Position numbers and translations under genes: made by a program
Notes under the pieces: generated by a model
What the model saw: the letters and a program-made list of their open reading frames with translations, nothing else
Told to the model about the DNA's origin: nothing
Database searches by the model: none
From: a virus
Taxonomy: Duplodnaviria; Caudoviricetes
Virus record (IMG/VR): IMGVR_UViG_3300032233_003207
Location: 16,683 to 80,682 of that record
Length of the DNA: 64,000 nt
Direction: 5' to 3' (one strand)
In this document: positions 52,144 to 60,424 of the stretch, piece after piece
How positions within the stretch are numbered: position 1 is the first letter of the stretch
Layout of the letters: each line of letters begins with the position of its first letter

Positions 52144-52980
52144 ATGAGATTAAAACATGTTAAAAAAATTTTTGATAAAGATTTTCAAATAAAAATTATA
52201 GAAAGTTACTTATTAAATAAGTCAATTAGAAAAGTTTCAAATATTTTTAATATAACTACCAGGCAAGTAACTAGCATACTAAATGATAATAATATTGAGC
52301 ATTCTAAAATAAGAAAAAATATACTTGATGAAGAATATTTTAAAAAATATAACGATGATATAATAGGGCGTGATGTAATGTATTGGGCTGGTTTCATTGC
52401 AGCTGATGGAAACGTAATGAATAAGTCATCATCTAGATCTTATAATATGACAGTTAATTTGTCAATAAAAGATATTAATCATTTAGAAAAGTTAAAAAAT
52501 AGTTTAAAATCTACATCTAAATTAAGAATTTATAATAATAAAGGTGGCGTAAGATTTAATAAAATATTTAAAGATACAACTGGATGCTCAATATCTTTTG
52601 CCTCTAAATATCTTGTAAATTCTTTGGAAAAATTTAATATAATTCCTGCAAAATCTAAAATATATAGCATAACCAAATGCTTATACAATCATAAATTTAT
52701 TAATCATTTTATTAGAGGATACATGGATGAGGACGGAGGAGTATTATTTAACGATAAATATAAAAGAGTATATTTTTATGGGACAAAAGAGTGTTTAAAT
52801 GGAATATCTGAAATTATACTGAAAAGTTGTAATATAATAAAAAAAGCAGTATCAAATAATAGAAGCATTTATTCAATTCAATATAATGGCAAAGATGCCA
52901 TTAATTTAGTAAAGTGGATGTATAAAGATTCTAGTATTTATTTAGAAAGAAAATATAATTGTATAAGAGGATTATTGTGA
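52144..52980 (+). CDS. LAGLIDADG homing endonuclease with N-terminal HTH
   Basis: YWAGFIAADG and HFIRGYMDEDG motifs; C-terminal WMYKDSSIYLERKY. Confidence 0.85.
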   Translation: MRLKHVKKIFDKDFQIKIIESYLLNKSIRKVSNIFNITTRQVTSILNDNNIEHSKIRKNILDEEYFKKYNDDIIGRDVMYWAGFIAADGNVMNKSSSRSYNMTVNLSIKDINHLEKLKNSLKSTSKLRIYNNKGGVRFNKIFKDTTGCSISFASKYLVNSLEKFNIIPAKSKIYSITKCLYNHKFINHFIRGYMDEDGGVLFNDKYKRVYFYGTKECLNGISEIILKSCNIIKKAVSNNRSIYSIQYNGKDAINLVKWMYKDSSIYLERKYNCIRGLL

Positions 52981-55773
52981 TTCCCGGCAAGAGTAAGTTA
53001 TCTCCCAAATATTTAATACAGGGGTTTTCTTTTTATCATTTGATACTGTAAATGTTACTTCTAGTTCTAAAAACTTTTTCTGCGCATCTAATTGCCCTAA
53101 TTCTTTATATAAGTCTATGGGGCATGGACTAGGACCCGTTAGCAAGCAATCTTGTAAATTAGAATTTGATTTGGTAGAAATACTTATCCAATTAGATAAG
53201 GATAAATCATTTTTTGTATTTGCACTTCTTATTCTAAAAGAAATTTCCGTACCTTCAGGAGTAGTTGCTTCCCATGTAAAAAATCCCCATTGTGGTGTCA
53301 TGTTACTATCACAACTAGTTTCGTATGTTTCTATTTTTACAGTATTTGAATAATTACCTGGACAATTAGGAGGATAATCACATACTTTATCATAAAAGAA
53401 TCCCCAGTTGTCTTCTTGAAAACATTCATCTTTATTATGGCTTGCATTTGTAGATGGATTAACTACGATTTCATCATTATTAACCACATTACAACTAGAC
53501 ACATTAATACATTCTCCTGGAGGAATTGCCTGATTAGTATAACAATATTTTGCTCCTGGCAAACTATTTGAATTAGTACCAAAATAGCCAGAACCATTTG
53601 GCATAATTGCTATTGGAATACCAGATGGAGCTTCTTTGGAGCCAGTATTACAGATTGGAATGTTATTTTTACAAGTAAGCCCCACTCCTAACTCAAATGA
53701 ATCACATTTTTTATCAAAATTTGGAGCTTCCCATTCTACACACTCTCCAGCACCTTTCTTTACTCCATCACAATAATTGTGACATGTATCGTGGACTGCA
53801 TTGATACATGTGGCATCCCAGTCGCCCTTCCAACTCATCGGGCACTGGCCAGGATCGTACTCCTTGTACTGGTCCACGCAGTGTTGGTCCCAGAGGCCAT
53901 CGTAGCTCTTCTCGCAGTCGTAGTAGATCCAGCCGTAGATGGGGTCGTCCCAGCAATTCTCCTGGAGTTCCCACCAGCACTCGTAGACCTGCTCCCACCA
54001 GCACTCGTAGACGGTCTCCCAGTACCAACCGCAGTCGTACCGGTACTCCTGGTCCCACCAACATTCGTAGGTGTAGACGTACTGCTGGTCCCACCAGCAC
54101 TCGTAGAGGTACGTGTAAACGTTCTCCCACCAGCACTCGTAGACGTACACCTGCTCCCACCAGCACTCGTACAGGTACGTGTAGACGTCTTCCCACCAGC
54201 ACTCATAGAGGTAGGTGTAAACGTCCTCCCACCAGCAGCCGTAGGTGTAGACGTTCTCCCACCAACACTCATACAGGTAGGTGTAAACGTCCTCCCACCA
54301 GCATTCGTAGACGTACTGTTGCTCCCACCAGCACTCGTAGAGGTAGGTGTAGACGTCTTCCCACCAGCAGTCGTAAACGTACTCCTGCTCCCACCAACAT
54401 TCGTAGGTGTAGACGTACTGCTGCTCCCACCAGCAGTTGTAGCCGTAGTAGCAGCCCCACCAGTCGCAGATCCACGTCCAGCCGCAGACGTAGTTTTGGA
54501 TCCAAGTCCAGCGCCAGCCGCAGACGTAGGTCTGTCGCCAACGCCAGCCGCAGAAGTACGTGTACACGTAGCGCCAACGCCAGCCGCAGAGGTAAACCTC
54601 TTTCCAACGCCAGCCGCAGAAGTACGTATAAATGTAACGCCAGCGCCAGCCGCAGATGTACGTGTAAACGTAGTACCAGCCGCAGATGTACGTGTAGATG
54701 TAACGCCAGCGCCAGCCGCAGATGTACGTGTAGATGTAACGCCAGCGCCAGCCACAGAGGTAGTACTCGATCCAACGCCAACCGCAGAGGTACGTGTAGA
54801 CGTACGTCCAGTGCCAGCCGCAGAGGTAGACCTGTACCCAAGTCCAGTGCCAGCCGCAGTAGTAGACGTTTACCCAGTGCCAGCCGCACGAGTAGTTCTC
54901 GATGTCGTGCCAGCCGCAGGTGTAGATCTCGTTCCAGCCGCAAACGTAGGTATCGACCCACTCACAGACGGTCTGGTAGTCGATGATGTCCCAGTAGCTG
55001 CAGACGTCCCACTCGGTGTAGGGGCAGCAGGTTTTGTCCCAGTCGCAAACCTTCGTGACCGTCGAATCGCAATCCTTGGTGAGACCCTTGTCGTAGGTGA
55101 GGCAAGGTTCGGTCTCGCAGGTGCCCTCGTACTTCTTTTCACAACATTGAGGTTTTTCTTCACAAATTTTATCAACACACTTGGTTTCGCATCCTTTAAT
55201 TAAGCCTTCGCCTTTGGTACAAATATCATGAGAACAACTTCCTTGAGCCGGATCTTGGCATTTCTGGTTCTGATGACACTGTGAGCCATGCGTGCAAGGC
55301 TCTTTTGCGGCTCCATTATTATTAGCTGTATCTATACTACTTTTAGGATCTGCAGACCATTTCCAATTCCACTTACAAAAAGATCCGTCTGCATCCCAAC
55401 TACCATCTTCAACCCATTTACTACAAAATATGTCACATGGGTTATTTTCACAAGTTTTTTCTTCTGTTAATGATAGTGGTTTACCATCATCAGATGGTAC
55501 TTTAGTTATTTCTTCACCATCTGTGCAATCAGACCAAATATTATTTATACAATATTGAATTCCAACAAAACAAGTTAATACGCCATTTTGCCGACCAATA
55601 GTTAAATGACATGATTTTTTATCACCATTATCACAATAGTTATCTACGTTTTCATTGCCACCTGAATTATTGAATATTACTTCATCCGAAGATCTTTCAG
55701 AACTTTGTGCACAGGATGCAATTAAAAAAGTAAATAAAATAAAAAATAAATAAAATATTTTATTTCTATTCAT
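52972..55773 (-). CDS. Cysteine-rich lipoprotein with nested Cys modules and a mirror-symmetric Cys/Trp/Tyr ladder
   Basis: Signal peptide II MNRNK-hydrophobic-LIAS/C; Cys-rich modules; 36-Cys repeat core; beta-sandwich-like C-terminus ending TPVLNIWEITYSC. This is the only frame open across both AT-rich flanks and the GC-rich core. Confidence 0.85.
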   Translation of the reverse strand: MNRNKIFYLFFILFTFLIASCAQSSERSSDEVIFNNSGGNENVDNYCDNGDKKSCHLTIGRQNGVLTCFVGIQYCINNIWSDCTDGEEITKVPSDDGKPLSLTEEKTCENNPCDIFCSKWVEDGSWDADGSFCKWNWKWSADPKSSIDTANNNGAAKEPCTHGSQCHQNQKCQDPAQGSCSHDICTKGEGLIKGCETKCVDKICEEKPQCCEKKYEGTCETEPCLTYDKGLTKDCDSTVTKVCDWDKTCCPYTEWDVCSYWDIIDYQTVCEWVDTYVCGWNEIYTCGWHDIENYSCGWHWVNVYYCGWHWTWVQVYLCGWHWTYVYTYLCGWRWIEYYLCGWRWRYIYTYICGWRWRYIYTYICGWYYVYTYICGWRWRYIYTYFCGWRWKEVYLCGWRWRYVYTYFCGWRWRQTYVCGWRWTWIQNYVCGWTWICDWWGCYYGYNCWWEQQYVYTYECWWEQEYVYDCWWEDVYTYLYECWWEQQYVYECWWEDVYTYLYECWWENVYTYGCWWEDVYTYLYECWWEDVYTYLYECWWEQVYVYECWWENVYTYLYECWWDQQYVYTYECWWDQEYRYDCGWYWETVYECWWEQVYECWWELQENCWDDPIYGWIYYDCEKSYDGLWDQHCVDQYKEYDPGQCPMSWKGDWDATCINAVHDTCHNYCDGVKKGAGECVEWEAPNFDKKCDSFELGVGLTCKNNIPICNTGSKEAPSGIPIAIMPNGSGYFGTNSNSLPGAKYCYTNQAIPPGECINVSSCNVVNNDEIVVNPSTNASHNKDECFQEDNWGFFYDKVCDYPPNCPGNYSNTVKIETYETSCDSNMTPQWGFFTWEATTPEGTEISFRIRSANTKNDLSLSNWISISTKSNSNLQDCLLTGPSPCPIDLYKELGQLDAQKKFLELEVTFTVSNDKKKTPVLNIWEITYSCRESQ
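53815..55136. other. High-GC in-frame insert within an AT-rich gene
   Basis: Sampled line 54181-54240 has 34/60 G+C (57%) versus 19/60 in flank line 53041-53100. Codons switch abruptly to C/G-ending (TGC, TAC, GAG) between CC-EK (55141) and WDAT (~53818). Confidence 0.9.
53914..55002 (-). repeat. Tandem 24-36 nt coding repeats: CGW(R/H)W..Y.Y arm and CWWE..Y.YE arm
   Basis: 18 Cys per arm around the CDWWGC turn at 54451-54468; near-identical 36-nt tandem copies at 54685-54720 and 54721-54756. Confidence 0.95.
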
Positions 55774-55792
55774 ACATAAATTTATATATCTT

Positions 55793-56027
55793 TTATAAAC
55801 TATTATCTAACAAATTATATAAAAAATCTTTTGCAGATGTATATAAATTTTCAGGCATTACAACATCATTAAAATCTATTTTTTTCTAGTGATCTTGGAA
55901 CAAAATTATTTTCTGAATCTATATAGTCTTTGCTGTAATATAAAGTTATAGATTTAGTATCTGGTGATATTTCTATTTTTACTTTATCTATAATTATTGA
56001 TTCTGGTGTTTTTAAATTAATTGGCAT
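55793..56027 (-). pseudogene. Small ORF split by an A7 run (+1 slip, mutation or assembly error)
   Basis: ATG at 56027 after an AAGGG RBS stops at 55869 (52 aa). Deleting one A from the run at 55879-55885 gives ...LEKIDFNDVVMPENLYTSAKDFLYNLLDNSL* ending at 55793, 20 nt before the lipoprotein start. Confidence 0.4.
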
Positions 56028-56069
56028 ATTTTCCCTTTTATATTTATGCTATAAGACCATAAGCACTTA

Positions 56070-56390
56070 TTATATAATAAGTGACAATAACTCATTCAAT
56101 TCAGATTGAGTAAGATTTTGTCCAGATTTTAATTTTGATTTTAATTCAATTATTCTATTTTCTTTAGCAGTATTTGCTGCTTGCTCTAGCTCTACTTCAA
56201 CTTTGTGAGCCTCATCATTTGCTATTTCTAATTCAGATGGATATAACAAAGTTTGTAAATATATTCCATTTTTATTTACAATTGCACACCATTCCCCCCT
56301 GTCATTATCAATATGACATCTATCTCCAATAATACTAGAAATGACTGATGGAGGATTGCAATTACAATTTTTATAAGTCATTTTAACCAA
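56070..56390 (-). CDS. Small hypothetical protein, possible fibre assembly chaperone
   Basis: 106 aa coupled to the collagen-fibre gene; C-terminal helical [17 protein letters not shown]. Confidence 0.5.
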   Translation of the reverse strand: MVKMTYKNCNCNPPSVISSIIGDRCHIDNDRGEWCAIVNKNGIYLQTLLYPSELEIANDEAHKVEVELEQAANTAKENRIIELKSKLKSGQNLTQSELNELLSLII

Positions 56391-58494
56391 CTCTTAGTTT
56401 ATATAGATGAGCTTCTGTACCTGCAGGCCAACCTGTAGATACTGAAGAGTACATATCTATTGATGTAATATTGGTAGTTGTATCTGTCCATCTACCGGTT
56501 CCTGTTAGTCCAACTAATGTACCAACGCTATCATAAGAAAAATTTAAATTCATAAATCTATAAGTTCCTGTTGCAGCTATAATTGTCATCTCTCCTGAAA
56601 AGTAGGTAGAAGATGCCCACGATCCACCAAGCCCCCAGTTAGAATAATTAGCTACTCCATGTTGACCAGCCGAGTTACTATACCAAAAATGATGAGTTTG
56701 ACTAAATCCTGATGTAAGTCCATTTGGTCTAATTTCATAAGAAGTAGATGACGCTATAGGTCCTCTTCTAAAAAACATTTTATATATTTTATCTGAGTTT
56801 CCATTGAGATTTGAAAAAGTAAGAGTTTGAGTAGCGGTTGTTACATACTTGCTTTCAATTAAAATAAAATCTGACGTACCACTTGCTGCACCTGTTGCAG
56901 AAATAGTAAGTGTAGAGCCCGCTCCGCCATCAGTGAGAGATATTCCACTACCTGCAGTCAATACTCTTTCATTAGTTAAATTTGCATTCGTACTCAATAA
57001 TAAATAAGAGGCATCTGTTGGCGCTCCTGCGTTTCCCTGGGTACCTTGAGAGCCTGTAGCCCCTTGAGTTCCTTGACTTCCTGTAGAACCTGTGTGCCCT
57101 TGAGATCCTTGAGAACCTGTAGGTCCTAAAGTTCCTTGAGGTCCTGTATAGCCTGTAGATCCTTGAGACCCTGTAGCGCCTTGCCCTGTAGCGCCAGTGT
57201 AACCTTGAGCACCTTGTGGTCCCTGAGTGCCAGTATAACCCTGAGAGCCTTGAGGTCCTTGAGCCCCAGTATAACCTTGAGCGCCTTGAGCGCCTTGAGT
57301 TCCAGTGGCGCCTGTACGACCCTGAGAACCTTGAGGTCCTTGAGCCCCAGTATAACCTTGTGGTCCCTGATTACCAGTATATCCTTGAGAACCTTGAGGT
57401 CCTTGAGCCCCAGTATATCCTTGAGAACCTTGAGGTCCTTGACTTCCCGTATAACCTTGAGTGCCTTGAGTTCCTTCGGAACCCGTATAGCCCTGAGCGC
57501 CTTGAGCACCAGATGCTCCAGTAGCGCCCATATAACCTTGACTACCTTGAGAACCAGTGGCTCCAGTAGCTCCAGTATAACCTTGAGCACCTTGAGCACC
57601 TTGCGCACCTTGAGAACCAGTAGCTCCAATATAACCTTGACTACCTTGACTACCTTGACTACCTTGACTGCCTTGACTACCTTGACTGCCTTGAGGACCT
57701 ACTGGACCTGTAAAACCTTGAGCGCCTTGAGATCCTTGAGCGCCTTGTTGACCTTGAGGACCAACAGGACCTGTATAACCAGTAAAGCCTTGAGGTCCTA
57801 CAGGACCTGTATAACCAGTAGTACCTTGAGGACCAACAGGACCAGTAAAGCCTTGCGCTCCCTGTAAGCCTTGAGGACCTACTGGACCTGTAAAACCTTG
57901 AGCGCCTTGAGATCCTTGAGCGCCTTGTTGACCTTGAGGTCCAACAGGACCTGTATAACCAGTGGCTCCCTGTAAACCTTGTAGTCCTGTAGAGCCAGTA
58001 GGTCCTTGAAATCCTAATGGACCTGTATAACCGGTGGCGCCTTGTGCGCCTGTAGGTCCTGATGATCCTATAGCTCCTTGAGGTCCTGTAGCCCCTTGTA
58101 AACCTTGAGATCCTGTAGTTCCTTGAGAACCGCCTCCAGATATTTCATCTGTATACGCTAAATTTCTAACTGAACCTTCACTATAAATTTTTAATCTGCC
58201 AGTAGATATATCCATACCTACTTCACCAGATTGTGTTGGCGTAGAATTACTAGACCACTTTAATAAAGCGCCAGAATTATGATTTAATTCTATATTTCCA
58301 TGAACATTAATGTTATTTCCTTCTCTAGAAATATAAACATTTTCATCTCTATTATTTGAATTTTGTAAATAAACTCCAGCACACTCAATCATATCTTCTT
58401 GAGGCTCTATTGGAGTTGGATAAACTCTAGAATCAGCGGCATCACCACCATTAGCAGCAGATTCTACTTTTAATACTTGAACCCTATCAGTCAT
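56383..58494 (-). CDS. Collagen-like triple-helix fibre protein
   Basis: N-terminal anchor domain, 371-aa G-X-Y region and C-terminal beta-rich head domain. Confidence 0.88.
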   Translation of the reverse strand: MTDRVQVLKVESAANGGDAADSRVYPTPIEPQEDMIECAGVYLQNSNNRDENVYISREGNNINVHGNIELNHNSGALLKWSSNSTPTQSGEVGMDISTGRLKIYSEGSVRNLAYTDEISGGGSQGTTGSQGLQGATGPQGAIGSSGPTGAQGATGYTGPLGFQGPTGSTGLQGLQGATGYTGPVGPQGQQGAQGSQGAQGFTGPVGPQGLQGAQGFTGPVGPQGTTGYTGPVGPQGFTGYTGPVGPQGQQGAQGSQGAQGFTGPVGPQGSQGSQGSQGSQGSQGSQGYIGATGSQGAQGAQGAQGYTGATGATGSQGSQGYMGATGASGAQGAQGYTGSEGTQGTQGYTGSQGPQGSQGYTGAQGPQGSQGYTGNQGPQGYTGAQGPQGSQGRTGATGTQGAQGAQGYTGAQGPQGSQGYTGTQGPQGAQGYTGATGQGATGSQGSTGYTGPQGTLGPTGSQGSQGHTGSTGSQGTQGATGSQGTQGNAGAPTDASYLLLSTNANLTNERVLTAGSGISLTDGGAGSTLTISATGAASGTSDFILIESKYVTTATQTLTFSNLNGNSDKIYKMFFRRGPIASSTSYEIRPNGLTSGFSQTHHFWYSNSAGQHGVANYSNWGLGGSWASSTYFSGEMTIIAATGTYRFMNLNFSYDSVGTLVGLTGTGRWTDTTTNITSIDMYSSVSTGWPAGTEAHLYKLRVG
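57019..58131 (-). repeat. Gly-X-Y collagen repeat, 123 triplets with one G-Q-G interruption
   Basis: Units [18 protein letters not shown]; interruption at 57181-57186; 9-nt microsatellite (GSQ)n around 57630-57690. Confidence 0.92.
57688..57963. repeat. 96-bp direct repeat (57688-57783 and 57868-57963), 1 mismatch
   Basis: Direct comparison of the two segments, offset 180 nt. Confidence 0.85.
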
Positions 58495-58618
58495 TTAATA
58501 ACCCTTATTTAATTACTAATAAGTATATTAATGTATTGATATATTTATTATTTATGAAAATAGATAAAGTCAAACCAGCAAGGAATAAGACCCCATAATA
58601 TTATGGTAGAATAGTCTT

Positions 58619-59491
58619 ATGCCTAAAAAAATAATATTTAATAAAGAAGAAATAGATAAAATTATAAATCTTTATAAGTCTGGAATTTCTTGTAAAGAAA
58701 TTGGCAAACAATTTAAGTGCTCTAAACAAGTTATAAATATTAATCTTAAAAATAATAATATTGTAATTCGTGATAATTCCCATGCACAACAAAAATACAC
58801 TATTAATGAAAATATTTTTTCAAAAATTGATAGTCAAGAAAAAGCTTACTGGCTTGGCATGTTAACAGGAGATGGCTGGATTACAGATCGAAATGAATTA
58901 GGATTATCTTTGCAGGAAAAAGATAAAAATCATATTTTTTTATTTAAAAATTTTTTAAGCTCTACTCATCCAATAAAAATAATAAATAATGGTATTAAAA
59001 AAAATGGCAATCCATCTATTTCTTATGAATTAAAATTAAGCAATAAAAAAATAGTTTTAGATTTAAAAAAATATGGATTTAGTAAAAATAAAACTAAATA
59101 TATAAAATTTCCAAATATAAATAAAAAATATTTAGCAAGCTACATGCTCGGTCTAATAGACAGTGATGGTAGTTTTTGTTTAAAATCACATTATAAAAAT
59201 AAAGATAAAAAATTATTATCTTTTAATTTTATTGGTCCTACTGAGTTTACAGAAACTTTTCAAAAATTATTAATTAATAATTGTAATATATCTAAAACAA
59301 AATTAGGAATTCAAAAAAATACTAATTTTGTTAGAACTGTAAATTATGGAGGCTATAAAAATATTTATAAAATAGTTAAGTTTCTTTACTCTGGCACAAA
59401 TATTTTTATGCAAAGAAAAAAAAGTATTGCTATTAAATACTTATTAGAAAAATACCCAAATGATCAGTGGTTACAAAGTCAATTATATTAA
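58619..59491 (+). CDS. LAGLIDADG homing endonuclease with N-terminal HTH
   Basis: YWLGMLTGDG and YMLGLIDSDG motifs; C-terminal FLYSGTNIFMQRKK. Confidence 0.85.
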   Translation: MPKKIIFNKEEIDKIINLYKSGISCKEIGKQFKCSKQVININLKNNNIVIRDNSHAQQKYTINENIFSKIDSQEKAYWLGMLTGDGWITDRNELGLSLQEKDKNHIFLFKNFLSSTHPIKIINNGIKKNGNPSISYELKLSNKKIVLDLKKYGFSKNKTKYIKFPNINKKYLASYMLGLIDSDGSFCLKSHYKNKDKKLLSFNFIGPTEFTETFQKLLINNCNISKTKLGIQKNTNFVRTVNYGGYKNIYKIVKFLYSGTNIFMQRKKSIAIKYLLEKYPNDQWLQSQLY

Positions 59492-60382
59492 TCTTCTTGC
59501 ACGCAAATGCCTGAGTCTAGCAAAAGCGGGATTTATGGCGCTGTTCATGCTAAATACGCCCAGACCCCTAGGGGCGGGTCTAAGTGAGTTCTTTATCATC
59601 TTAAGTTTTTCCCAGTAATGAGCTAGCAAGCTGCTATACTGAGTATTCATCATTTCGCTGACAGTAGGAGGATTAAAGCTTATACTATTATCTGTAATTT
59701 GAAACTCTCTGCCTCTTTCAATTAATGCTTTAGAAGCTAAAGAGTAAAGAGTTGCACCTTCAACTAAAATTTCTCCAAATTGCTCAACAAAGTTATCATC
59801 ATCAAACTGAAAGAAAGTAAAATAAGGTACTTGATTAAAATCCCATAAAGCAGTAGCTAAAAATGATGTTAACATTTCTATAGAAAAAATATCACAATCT
59901 ACATAAATAGTATTACCATAGCTATCTGTAGATTTAGCTTTTCCTGAGCTATTTAATCTGGCTTTTAAAGACTTAATTAATTTGTTAATATTTTTAATTG
60001 CCGCTTGAGAATATTGAAAACCGGGATCATCGCCAAGGTGAGCGTAGCCGTCTGTATTTATCGCAGGCATTTGAGTATGAGCTACTACAAAGCTAAAAGT
60101 AGTTTCTACTCTAAATCCATTAATAAATCCTGACCACACATCATTAAAAACTCCATAAGGACCATTAATTGGTATAGTAAAAATATAGCTATATTTACCA
60201 GTATCTACCTGGGCGACACCTGTAGAAGTTGGCGCAAGTAAGACTAAGCCACTAGGTTGTAAAATAGAAATTTTAGGAAAAGAATCAGTATTAATAGGCT
60301 GCCCGTTGCCATCCTTAAATTGGACAGTTAAATTAACTTGATCTGTTACATCAATTAGTTCGCCGCGAGCTTTGATAGCCAT
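59483..60382 (-). CDS. Neck/head-tail adaptor-like protein with N-terminal Ig-like domain
   Basis: N-terminal beta-sandwich (VQFKDGNG...VDTGKYSYIF) plus helical domain (LATALWDFNQVP...ILVEGATLYSL...FQITDNSISF) typical of head completion proteins. Confidence 0.6.
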   Translation of the reverse strand: MAIKARGELIDVTDQVNLTVQFKDGNGQPINTDSFPKISILQPSGLVLLAPTSTGVAQVDTGKYSYIFTIPINGPYGVFNDVWSGFINGFRVETTFSFVVAHTQMPAINTDGYAHLGDDPGFQYSQAAIKNINKLIKSLKARLNSSGKAKSTDSYGNTIYVDCDIFSIEMLTSFLATALWDFNQVPYFTFFQFDDDNFVEQFGEILVEGATLYSLASKALIERGREFQITDNSISFNPPTVSEMMNTQYSSLLAHYWEKLKMIKNSLRPAPRGLGVFSMNSAINPAFARLRHLRARRLI

Positions 60383-60424
60383 GAATAATCTCCAAACTAT
60401 ACGTTATCTAGATATATTTATTTT

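Noticed and set aside
53914-55002. 30-36 nt repeats resembling a CRISPR array
   Set aside because: Units are contiguous with no unique spacers, lengths are multiples of 6 nt and in frame, and no cas genes are present.
53914-55002. Possible diversity-generating retroelement target
   Set aside because: No reverse transcriptase or template/variable repeat pair in the window; differences between units are mostly synonymous, not adenine-specific.
53914-55002. DNA-level inverted repeat explaining the protein symmetry
   Set aside because: The reverse complement of C-arm units does not match N-arm units beyond short TAC/GTA-derived words; the symmetry is in Cys spacing only.
53768-55203. Several long overlapping ORFs in other frames and on the plus strand (474, 392, 306, 230, 144 aa)
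   Set aside because: Shadow ORFs expected from a repetitive high-GC3 sequence with few stops; they lack RBSs and end at the island edges, whereas the 933-aa frame is continuous through both flanks.
57126-57867. Alternative-frame ORFs over the collagen repeat
   Set aside because: Shadows of the 9-nt periodic repeat.
56383-58494. Raised GC in the collagen gene (and milder in tape measure and tubulin genes) as horizontal transfer
   Set aside because: Explained by Gly/Ala/Pro content; third positions remain mostly A/T (GGT, GGA, CAA), unlike the 53815-55136 island.
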